A stretch of DNA of 37,672 nucleotides from a virus (taxonomy: Duplodnaviria; Caudoviricetes): positions 1 to 37,672 of the IMG/VR virus record IMGVR_UViG_3300020397_000420. One strand, given 5' to 3'. A model generated the notes under the pieces. The model saw nothing but the letters and a program-made list of their open reading frames with translations, did not search any database and was not told the origin of the DNA. Both the position numbers and the translations under genes were made by a program. Positions 17,129 to 25,569 of the stretch are shown here, piece by piece (position 1 is the stretch's first letter; every line of letters starts with the position of its first letter).

Positions 17129-17500
17129 ATGAGACCTGACCCTATCAAAGCAACATTTGTAGTGTTTGTGATTGTTGCTTTAATTCTTCTCATGGCCCTT
17201 TTTGCTTTTTGCACTGAAGTGCGGGGCGAAGAAAAAGCCCCCGGAATAAGGAATGGTCAGTGCATTCCTATTCCAACAATGATCAATATCGTTAAAAATC
17301 AATTTAAGGAAACAGTTGTATTCAAGGGCACAAACAATCGAGGTGAAATGGTTTTAATTTCTCACAACCCTCTCACAAAATCTTGGACAGCACTAAACCA
17401 ATATCAAGGACAGTTCTTCTGTGTCGTCGCATTCGGTGCAGCGGGATTAGTAATGCCGGAAGTAGAGTATGATAGAGATAGCAAACTTAAACCAAATTAG
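17129..17500 (+). CDS. exported/membrane-anchored hypothetical protein
   Basis: 123 aa; hydrophobic N-terminal segment; mature part C...QFKE..VFKG...TKSWT...C...G, a pattern I associate with alphaproteobacteria and their phages. Confidence 0.65.
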   Translation: MRPDPIKATFVVFVIVALILLMALFAFCTEVRGEEKAPGIRNGQCIPIPTMINIVKNQFKETVVFKGTNNRGEMVLISHNPLTKSWTALNQYQGQFFCVVAFGAAGLVMPEVEYDRDSKLKPN

Positions 17501-17834
17501 CATAGATCTTGTTGAGTTAATCGCCCCCCTACTCGCCCTGACCTTATCAATAGGTATTGGTCTCTGGGCAAAGGATGCTTTGGATGCGCTTATAAAGGGT
17601 CTTACATTTCGGGCAGACACAGCAATCGAGGAAGGATGTACCGTCTATATAGACGGAGACAAGGCTACAATAATAAAGATTGGTATATTTAAGACAACCT
17701 TTCAGATAACAAATGGTCGAGGCGTTACTTGGCGTTACGTTCCTAACAAAAGAATAGAGTTCTTAAAGTTGGAAAAAGTCATAGAACCTCCCGAAGACGA
17801 TGGGCATATCGGTCTTTACACTGACAATAAATAA
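17469..17834 (+). CDS. MscS-family beta-domain membrane protein (minimal)
   Basis: 121 aa; TM helix, KDALDALIKGL, IEEG.TVYIDG....IIKIGIFKT...YVPN matches MscS TM3 plus middle beta domain. Confidence 0.7.
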   Translation: MIEIANLNQISIDLVELIAPLLALTLSIGIGLWAKDALDALIKGLTFRADTAIEEGCTVYIDGDKATIIKIGIFKTTFQITNGRGVTWRYVPNKRIEFLKLEKVIEPPEDDGHIGLYTDNK

Positions 17835-17835
17835 C

Positions 17836-17868
17836 GGGACGACATAAATCTAAATTTGATCCAAGAAT
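17836..17868 (+). promoter_or_regulatory. GGGACGAC motif copy 6, upstream of head-completion/tail block
   Basis: GGGACGAC 17836-17843, 19 nt spacer, AAGAAT 17863-17868. Confidence 0.6.
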
Positions 17869-17893
17869 AAGCTTCACAATTAAGGAGCCTTTC

Positions 17894-18166
17894 ATGGACG
17901 ATATGGACGTTGAAATACCAGTAAAAGCAAAAAAAGCAGCAGCTAAAAAATCCAAAGCAGAAAACGCATCAATGGCAAAAAAGGAAGTTGTCTTTGTTTG
18001 CCTAGACCCTGATGTGCCAAGATTTGAATTGATAATAGATGCAAACTATAAGATACGAGGCGTAAGAAATAATGCCGGACACCTGTTGTTTGCTGTGCCC
18101 GCTGAAGATGCAGATAGAGTACGCAAACATTTCCATGTGACTTCGGGCAGACTGGTTGAGTCCTGA
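17894..18166 (+). CDS. hypothetical protein
   Basis: 90 aa; TAAGGAG RBS; TGATG coupling. Confidence 0.75.
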   Translation: MDDMDVEIPVKAKKAAAKKSKAENASMAKKEVVFVCLDPDVPRFELIIDANYKIRGVRNNAGHLLFAVPAEDADRVRKHFHVTSGRLVES

Positions 18167-18675
18167 TGCCAGTCCATGCAAAAAAGGTAGAGCATCCAGT
18201 CATTGGAACGCGAGAAGCTCCAGAAAGTACAAGACTAGCTCCTCATGTTTTTAGGGGAAGCAAACACGCCCCTCTTGAAAACTTGGTTGCTATTGCTCTT
18301 AGGAGATATGGAGACTTTAGTAGTCGCAGGGTGACTGGCGATGTCGTTCTAATGTTCATCGAGCTTGCGAATGAAGTCGTAGAGATGATCAATTCTCATC
18401 CGTACTATTCTGGTACTACTATTCAGTATTACAACTCGCAGACTGACTTCAGAGAGATCGAAGATGCAATTATGGTGCGCGGTCTGTTGGCGTTGTATGC
18501 AGAGCAGCAAGCTAGTGAAAAGTATCCAAATGCCAGACTGGAGTTTGCACGACATCTCAACGGCATACTTTATAGCAGAAAGTATAAAGGCGGTGTACGC
18601 CATGAGATGACATCATTAGAAAACACAGATCCTATGCGAGACATGAACGGCAATAATGCAGCCTTGGCTCTATAA
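18166..18675 (+). CDS. probable head-tail adaptor protein
   Basis: 169 aa helical protein positioned after MCP and before the nozzle-like gene. Confidence 0.6.
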   Translation: MPVHAKKVEHPVIGTREAPESTRLAPHVFRGSKHAPLENLVAIALRRYGDFSSRRVTGDVVLMFIELANEVVEMINSHPYYSGTTIQYYNSQTDFREIEDAIMVRGLLALYAEQQASEKYPNARLEFARHLNGILYSRKYKGGVRHEMTSLENTDPMRDMNGNNAALAL

Positions 18676-20201
18676 TGAAGAGTAAAAGTCCAGCCCTTAT
18701 CCCAAGCCGCCTGTCGGCTTATTATGCCTTTAAGGGCTTGGATAGATCGCGTCCACTCATTGGTATGGATGATGGAGAGAAGCAACCTTTGTTCAACCTT
18801 AACAATGCTCATGCTCATTGGACGGGAACCTTAAAAAGAGATGTCGGATTATTAGCTAGGTACAAGTGGGCGGTTGGTGAAGTTGTGCATCAAGACTTTT
18901 TTGATCGCAGTGGTTTAGCTTTTGCAATACAGGATGGGAAAACGATAAGCCTACAGAGTGAGCGCGGGGCAAACTTTCCAGACGCTTTCCAGACAGATGT
19001 TCCTGTGACATCTATGGCTTTTGCAAACAAGCTTTACTTTATGTCTCCCGGCTTTCCCATGATTAAAACGGATGGCCTAACCTTTCAAAAAAGCACAGCA
19101 AGTATCCGACCGGGCTTCGCAGTCGGCATCCAAGGCCGCATTTATGCGGCTGGTCGTCCAGACAGGCCAAAAGAAATTAGCATCAGTCGTGTATTCGAGG
19201 ACTTTCCAGACGATGAGATTTTCATTAGTGAAGAAACAAAAGCTTTATCTGAAGTGACACGGGCTGACTTTCTTGATTTAGCAAACGTGCTAGGCTCCGC
19301 TGATGAGATCACTGGCCTCGCGAGGTTTGAGTCCAACCGTCTTGCAATCTTCACGAATGACCAGACCATCGTCTTCAAAGTCGATCCCGACTACACACAG
19401 CGTGAGATTGACAACAGGGCTAATGTCCAGCTTGGAGCTATCAGTCATAATGGCATTGTCCAAGTTGGGTCGGACGTTATTTTCTGTTCCCGCCACGGTG
19501 TACACTCACTAATTAGGTCTGCTGAAAATGGCCTAACGATAGATAGCAGAACTCTGTCCTATGAGGTGGAGACCGTATATAAAGAATTATTAAAGCAATG
19601 CATCGGCCCACGGTTTGTAACAGCAACCTATGACCAAGATTTAGGAAGACTTCATATATTTTTTCCAATGGCAACCGGAATGCACAAGCAACTCATTGCA
19701 GAGTTTAGGCGGGGATACGAAAGTCTAAGCTGGGCTACATCGGATGCTGGTTCAAGTCGGTGTGGAGCATTTCTCGCTGGGTCAATGACTTTTGGAACAA
19801 GAGGAACTATATACAGCCGACTGGATGAAACAGTTGTCTTGCAACCAAAGGACGACATTACTGATGACTTCATCCGGCCTAAGATGCAGATTGATACTCC
19901 GATTTTATGGCATGGTTCTATAGACGAACAGAAAGAAGCGACAGCTTTAGTCGTACAGGCTGCGGGCAGTGGATTAATAAGAGTCACAGCTTTTGATGAG
20001 CAGGGAGATGAGCTTCTCGTTGAAGAGATTGCCATAGAAAGACGGGACGACAACCCCGATAAATTCCCTAATGATAGTCTTGACTTACAGTTTAGAATTC
20101 CCTTTCAACTTCGATATCGAGGTGTACAGCTTCGTTTCGAAAGCCTTGACATGGGGGATGTAGAATTATTGGGCTTTGCAATCGAATTGAAAAAGGCATA
20201 A
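18675..20201 (+). CDS. probable tail nozzle / DNA stabilisation protein (tail tubular B or P22 gp10-like)
   Basis: 508 aa beta-propeller-like; DEITGL...LAIF, LGAISHNGIVQVGSDVIFCSRHGVHSL. Confidence 0.7.
   Translation: MKSKSPALIPSRLSAYYAFKGLDRSRPLIGMDDGEKQPLFNLNNAHAHWTGTLKRDVGLLARYKWAVGEVVHQDFFDRSGLAFAIQDGKTISLQSERGANFPDAFQTDVPVTSMAFANKLYFMSPGFPMIKTDGLTFQKSTASIRPGFAVGIQGRIYAAGRPDRPKEISISRVFEDFPDDEIFISEETKALSEVTRADFLDLANVLGSADEITGLARFESNRLAIFTNDQTIVFKVDPDYTQREIDNRANVQLGAISHNGIVQVGSDVIFCSRHGVHSLIRSAENGLTIDSRTLSYEVETVYKELLKQCIGPRFVTATYDQDLGRLHIFFPMATGMHKQLIAEFRRGYESLSWATSDAGSSRCGAFLAGSMTFGTRGTIYSRLDETVVLQPKDDITDDFIRPKMQIDTPILWHGSIDEQKEATALVVQAAGSGLIRVTAFDEQGDELLVEEIAIERRDDNPDKFPNDSLDLQFRIPFQLRYRGVQLRFESLDMGDVELLGFAIELKKA
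20044..20075 (+). promoter_or_regulatory. GGGACGAC motif copy 7, intragenic
   Basis: CGGGACGAC 20043-20051, 18 nt spacer, AATGAT; ~155 nt upstream of ATG 20206. Confidence 0.35.
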
Positions 20202-20205
20202 GCGA

Positions 20206-21753
20206 ATGGCACGTATCCAACAGATCCACCCCGGCAACTACAGATCCAGCGGTAACATTGACGATGAGTTTTCTTCTGTCATTAGATACCTAGTTTCTGG
20301 AGAGAAAGGTGATTACACCCTTGGTGAATTGCTGTCAGTTCTTTTTGACGACACTGGAACGCTAAAGTCTCCTGTCGAAATGAGGCTGGACGGATCAACA
20401 AACCTTCAGTACAGGGTTGGTAGTTATACGGACTCTACTTCTGGATGGATAACGATTGCTCCGGTAAGTGCTATATCTGGTGCCCCTGGTGCTGACTTGG
20501 GCACAATCGAAGGACCATTATTTTCGCAAGGCACATCCTACACAGCAACGTCAGGACAAACTGTATTCAACTATGAAATAGATACTGGTGATGATGTTAT
20601 GGTTTTCATCAACGGTATACTGCAAGCTGCCTCGACAGTAACGATCTCAACAACTAATAATACCATCACATTGTCCAGTGGTGTTACGGCTGGTCACACT
20701 GTTTATATAATAAAAATAAGAGCGCAATCAGTCTCAAACTATCGACGCTCTGACCAGCAAGCCACAAGTAACCAAGCCGTGTTTCCATTTACTCACACCG
20801 CTGATGAAAACATTCTTGTTTTTAGAAACGGTCTATTCCAGAACCCTGGTGGGTCAAACGACTATACCTCCTCATCAGCGCAAAACACCGTTACATTCAA
20901 TACGGCCTTATCTTCTACAGACTTAATCTCCATTATCACTGTTGAGAACACGGCAGTCAAAAGCGTAAGCGGTTTAATGACCAGAGATGGATATACAGAC
21001 GCTAACGGCTTTATCCCATTTAACAAGCTGGCAATAACCGCTGGTGAAATTCCACAGGACAGGGTCAACGGGTTGGCTGCCCTGACATCGGACAGGGGTA
21101 AAGTCTTTGTCTCCCCTACCGCCCCAACTGGAGCGGGTAATGCAGTTGCGGGTAATATCTGGATAGACACCTCAACATCTCCAGACACCCCGAAGTTTTA
21201 TGACGGCATTCAGTGGTTAAACTTTGCGGCAACAACGACAATACCAGAGTTTTTTACTACAGATGCAAACAAGGTTTTACACATCAACTCTTCTGGTACA
21301 GCACTAGAATTTAAGAACGTAGATACGTCGGCCTTTGTCTTGCTTTCAACAGTTGGAGCCGCATCCGGTGTAGCAAGCTTAGACTCCAATGGTCGGCTTC
21401 CAGCATCACAACTTCCAACGGTGATGAACCTTGATAGTTTTGATTTTATCGACACCACAACAATTGGTGCCCCGACAGATTTCAACATTAAAAGAATTTA
21501 CAAAGAAGCTGCCCGCATCGACTCTATTTATTTAAAGGTAAACAGCGGCACTTGCGATGTCACTATACAAGTGGACGGCACAAATGTCGGCTCGACATTT
21601 AATGTATCTTCTACGGCAATAGAACAGAACCTCGCCAACTCTATTTTGGTCGATGCAACAACGACCTCAAAAATGATTGGCATCAGCGTAACAAACCCAT
21701 CCGCAGCTGCTGGCCTTGAATGTGTCTTAGCAGTAGCCAAACAGTCGGTGTAA
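20206..21753 (+). CDS. tail fibre/spike-like structural protein
   Basis: 515 aa S/T-rich; two tandem beta domains (ATSGQTVF...VFINGILQ; ATSNQAVF...VFRNGLFQ), SPTAPT...GNIWIDT, GVASLDSNGRLPASQLP. Confidence 0.75.
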   Translation: MARIQQIHPGNYRSSGNIDDEFSSVIRYLVSGEKGDYTLGELLSVLFDDTGTLKSPVEMRLDGSTNLQYRVGSYTDSTSGWITIAPVSAISGAPGADLGTIEGPLFSQGTSYTATSGQTVFNYEIDTGDDVMVFINGILQAASTVTISTTNNTITLSSGVTAGHTVYIIKIRAQSVSNYRRSDQQATSNQAVFPFTHTADENILVFRNGLFQNPGGSNDYTSSSAQNTVTFNTALSSTDLISIITVENTAVKSVSGLMTRDGYTDANGFIPFNKLAITAGEIPQDRVNGLAALTSDRGKVFVSPTAPTGAGNAVAGNIWIDTSTSPDTPKFYDGIQWLNFAATTTIPEFFTTDANKVLHINSSGTALEFKNVDTSAFVLLSTVGAASGVASLDSNGRLPASQLPTVMNLDSFDFIDTTTIGAPTDFNIKRIYKEAARIDSIYLKVNSGTCDVTIQVDGTNVGSTFNVSSTAIEQNLANSILVDATTTSKMIGISVTNPSAAAGLECVLAVAKQSV

Positions 21754-21756
21754 TAC

Positions 21757-22818
21757 ATGTATGGATTTGCAGACAGGCTAAGAAAAAAAGGCAGATTTGG
21801 CGACACACTGGTAGCACATTTATCAGAAGGTGAAGCTAGGCTTCTTCGCAAGATGGGAGGAAGCGGCACAACAAATCCTTTCACCGGAGCCGTCGAGTTT
21901 TACAAGGGCACGATGGACGGACCTGTTCCCTCTTTTTACCAATCCCTTCTACCTGAAAGCAATATGGAAGTGGCAGTTGACTCCGAAGTCGAAGGTGCCC
22001 CCAGAAGCGGATTAGACGGATTTTTTAAATCCATTGAAAAATTGCAAAACGCAAACAAGCCAAAGAAACCGGATTCCGGTCTTGATCCGCGAATGATCAG
22101 TTTTGCTAAGATCATGCAAAATACATTTGATAGAGATGACCCAGGCACAGATGGCGAACTTCGAATGGAGTTCACGGGAAACCTTGAAGACATGCAGAAA
22201 TATACGCAAGGGATAAGCTTCCCTTTGTATAATAAATTAATTGATCGTTTTTACGGGGATACAAACGAAGATAAGCTTCCTGGTCGTGTAGATGATGTTG
22301 TAGCTTATATGTTCCGAAAAAATGATGATGGTATAAATGCCTTTGAACATGCTGGCGGAAAGGAAGCCTACATAAAAGCCTTGGAGGAAATTGGCGTAAC
22401 CGGAAAAGGAAAGAGTTATGCCGACAAAACAGTCAAGGCATTTATTGAGGGTGCAGAGTCGCTTGCCAAAACTCTGAACCAAGCACAAACCAGCACCACG
22501 ATGGGAGCGGTCAAAGGGCCACAGTTTGCGGGAAGCTACAAAACCTTTGGCGAAGCGAAAGAAGCGATGTTTGGCCCAACTGGCCTCTCCGCTGTTGCCA
22601 ATATGCTTAACCCAGCCAAAGCCTTTGCTAATTTGGTTTCTACAGGAATAACAGCGATAACAGACCCGTACACAAGTTGGGCTGATGCTATAGGTAGATC
22701 GTTTGGCTTTCCTGATGCACAAGTTGGATTCCAAAAACAGGATGTTGGCCTCGGCATTGAAGACGATGACGATGATGACAGCTACGGTGGATTTGGAAGC
22801 GGTGGCGGTGGCGAATAA
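21757..22818 (+). CDS. probable internal virion/ejection protein
   Basis: 353 aa; N-terminal GRFGDT..AH...GG.GT.NP.TG..EF motif; acidic Gly-rich C-terminus; position in the ejection block. Confidence 0.65.
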   Translation: MYGFADRLRKKGRFGDTLVAHLSEGEARLLRKMGGSGTTNPFTGAVEFYKGTMDGPVPSFYQSLLPESNMEVAVDSEVEGAPRSGLDGFFKSIEKLQNANKPKKPDSGLDPRMISFAKIMQNTFDRDDPGTDGELRMEFTGNLEDMQKYTQGISFPLYNKLIDRFYGDTNEDKLPGRVDDVVAYMFRKNDDGINAFEHAGGKEAYIKALEEIGVTGKGKSYADKTVKAFIEGAESLAKTLNQAQTSTTMGAVKGPQFAGSYKTFGEAKEAMFGPTGLSAVANMLNPAKAFANLVSTGITAITDPYTSWADAIGRSFGFPDAQVGFQKQDVGLGIEDDDDDDSYGGFGSGGGGE

Positions 22819-22832
22819 CTAGGAGAATAAAA

Positions 22833-24260
22833 ATGCCAGGTAGATTTTCAGACAAGATGTTTGGCCCAGCCAGGGATATGGCGAAGATGGGCCGTTTTGG
22901 CGACACGCTTCTTGCTCACATCAATCCAGAGGAAGCAAAGCTTCTTAAAAGGATTGGCGGCAGAGGCACCATAAACCCAAAAACTGGTGCATTAGAGTTT
23001 GCCACACGCGAAGACTTCGATGCTGACTTTTATCTAGCACAAAACCCAGATGTGGCTATGGCTGGCTATGGCACTGGCGAAGGTCAGATAGATCCTTTTG
23101 AGCATTACAACCAGTATGTCTTAGAGGGCGATGAAAACCGTGCCGGTAATTTTGCCGAACAACAAGAGAAAGACTTAGGCGCATTCACCGGAGTATTTGA
23201 TCCTGACTACTATTTGGAAACGAACCCAGATGTCGCATCAGCACTAGAGGCGGGGGAACTGGGTGACATCACAACAGCGCGAGGTCACTTCGATGCTTTC
23301 GGTCAGGCAGAGAGAAGAGCGGGGAACTTGACGCAGAAAGAGCTTCAAGACGCTGGGTATCTTGGAATACTTGGCGGCAATAGATTTGGTGGCTCTAGTG
23401 ATTTTGCCACAAGCCGCGCCATGATGTTTGAGGATAGAGATCTGCTTAACGAAGCTGGAACAAACCTTCGATCAGATATCATGGGGGCTGGTGAAGGAGC
23501 CTTTGACCTTTTAGGAAACACTGCAACAACATTGAACCAAGATTTATTTGAAACCCTAGATGACCGTAGCCTAGCGATAGACACCGGATACACTGGTGAT
23601 TTTGCCCCCGGTACAGTCGATGCTTTTCGCACCGATTTTTCCGACAGAGATGATGACCCTGACACACCATTTACCGCTTTAAACCCCAGTAACATCAGTA
23701 CGGCTGGTTTGGATATTACACCCATCAGGGATGCACTTAGAGATCTTGGCTATACGGGTGAATATGGGGCTGGAGGCGTAGACACTTTTGTTACCGATCA
23801 GCTTAACGAATATCTGCTAAACGACGCTGGAAACTTAACAGACAATCTCCGCGCCATCAGCACAGAAAAGCGCATTGCAGATCAGGCTGCAATCAATGAA
23901 GCAGCTTTAGCTGCAGCGGTTGCAAAGGCATTGGAGGATGCTGGCATTACACCGGGCGGGTCCGGTGCTGATGACTCTGGCTCAGTCGTCACAACTCAGC
24001 CTGTTACAACTGACGCTGGCACTGATGTCGTGACAATTGATCCAATAGATTTTGTGGAGGAAGGAGCCACCCCGCCTGGAGTAACTTTTACAGGGCCGCA
24101 AGCCGGAGAAGTTTTTGATCCATTCACCGGAACATTTAGGAGAACTCGCATAAATCCGTTTACTGGTGCGCTTGAATACTTGCCTGTCACACCTTCAGCG
24201 TTTAGCCAAGCGGTAGCCCCTAATCGACGCCAGGGCTTTGGAAATCTAATTGTAGTCTAG
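22833..24260 (+). CDS. probable internal virion protein with NPDV repeats
   Basis: 475 aa acidic; same N-terminal motif as previous gene; two FD..(F/Y)YL..NPDVA repeats; AGGAG RBS. Confidence 0.65.
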   Translation: MPGRFSDKMFGPARDMAKMGRFGDTLLAHINPEEAKLLKRIGGRGTINPKTGALEFATREDFDADFYLAQNPDVAMAGYGTGEGQIDPFEHYNQYVLEGDENRAGNFAEQQEKDLGAFTGVFDPDYYLETNPDVASALEAGELGDITTARGHFDAFGQAERRAGNLTQKELQDAGYLGILGGNRFGGSSDFATSRAMMFEDRDLLNEAGTNLRSDIMGAGEGAFDLLGNTATTLNQDLFETLDDRSLAIDTGYTGDFAPGTVDAFRTDFSDRDDDPDTPFTALNPSNISTAGLDITPIRDALRDLGYTGEYGAGGVDTFVTDQLNEYLLNDAGNLTDNLRAISTEKRIADQAAINEAALAAAVAKALEDAGITPGGSGADDSGSVVTTQPVTTDAGTDVVTIDPIDFVEEGATPPGVTFTGPQAGEVFDPFTGTFRRTRINPFTGALEYLPVTPSAFSQAVAPNRRQGFGNLIVV

Positions 24261-24270
24261 GAGTATAATT

Positions 24271-25557
24271 GTGGTAGCCTTTTCAACAATACTTGGTCTT
24301 GGTCAGCTTGGGTTAAGTGCATTCGGTGCCATGAGTGCAAGCAAGGCGGCCAATAAATCTGCAAAGCAGTCACAGGCTCTGACACAAGCACAGATCGACG
24401 CCATTAATAGAACAAACGAAATAAGCGATGCCGGGGCTGACGCCCTTCAGCAAGCACTTGGTCAAGTCCTCATGGAGTTGGGTTCTCGCGGAACCTACGA
24501 CCCAGCCGTTATAGATGACCTAGCCAATTTACTGGCACAAGAAAACAGAGAGGGAGCCACTGAAACAGCGGCAGCAATAAAACAAGCTGCCTTACAGGGT
24601 GGTGGTCGCAGTAACCAGCAACTGCTTAACGCTCTAGCCACAGCACAGGGAATGTTTCGACCAACAGTCTCTGGAATGACAGCGACTTTATCTCAACTTA
24701 ATCCAAACGCATACGATGCAACTGTAGCCGCTAATGCAAAAGCATACGCTGGTATGCTGGACAATCAAACAAAAGACAACCTCAATGCGGCCCTCTCAAG
24801 AATTGTAGCTGGCAGAATGGGCAAGATGGGGGGAGCTAGATCCGGTGCAGAAATCGCGGCCGCCACAGCGGCTGCTGAAAGCGCAAGTCGTCAACAATCA
24901 GAGAACCAACTTCGCGCTATAAACATGGCGATGCAACAAGCCCAAGGATTACAAGGTCTATCAACCGGATTGCAAGCTGGAAATATTAACGCTCAGAAGA
25001 TGGCAATGAATATTGCTGACATGCAATTCAAACAAGCTATCGACAGTGTAACCGCTGGACAAACAGCTAGGGCAAATGCACAAACACTTGATGCAAACCA
25101 GATGCAACAGGCCATAGCACAGCTTACCGCACAAGATGCCTTGAACCAGAACAAAGACCTACAGGCTTATCAGACTGCCGTAAACATGGCTGGGGCTGAA
25201 CAAGCGTTAAGGAGCGGTCTGCTTAGTGAGGTACAAAACTTGGTAACAGCACCATACACCTACCGCATGGCGGGACCAAACATGGCTCAACAAACTGCCG
25301 CTGGTGGAGCAAAGGCCGCTGCGGGCACTACGGGAATTTTTGCCAAAGAGGCGGGTTCTGCATTCAACTCAGTAGGCCAACAGCTAGATAAACTGCTAAA
25401 ACAAAACCAGGTACAATCACCAACATTAAGCTCCTCTGCTGGCACTGGAAGCTTTATACCTCCAAGCAGTTATACGGCACCAAGCAATAGGACCATAGAT
25501 CCAATTTTCGGTAACTCGCCAACCGCTGGTGGTTATTTCTCATATCCAGTAATGTAA
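24271..25557 (+). CDS. DNA ejection/pilot-like internal virion protein
   Basis: 428 aa; GTG start with AGGAG; Gly/Ala-hydrophobic N-terminus then A/Q/N-rich helices. Confidence 0.7.
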   Translation: MVAFSTILGLGQLGLSAFGAMSASKAANKSAKQSQALTQAQIDAINRTNEISDAGADALQQALGQVLMELGSRGTYDPAVIDDLANLLAQENREGATETAAAIKQAALQGGGRSNQQLLNALATAQGMFRPTVSGMTATLSQLNPNAYDATVAANAKAYAGMLDNQTKDNLNAALSRIVAGRMGKMGGARSGAEIAAATAAAESASRQQSENQLRAINMAMQQAQGLQGLSTGLQAGNINAQKMAMNIADMQFKQAIDSVTAGQTARANAQTLDANQMQQAIAQLTAQDALNQNKDLQAYQTAVNMAGAEQALRSGLLSEVQNLVTAPYTYRMAGPNMAQQTAAGGAKAAAGTTGIFAKEAGSAFNSVGQQLDKLLKQNQVQSPTLSSSAGTGSFIPPSSYTAPSNRTIDPIFGNSPTAGGYFSYPVM

Positions 25558-25569
25558 CGGGAAAAGAAT

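Noticed and set aside
25555-25562. TAACGGGA after a stop codon, like the start of the promoter motif
   Set aside because: Lacks the CGAC half and the next ATG is only a few nt away
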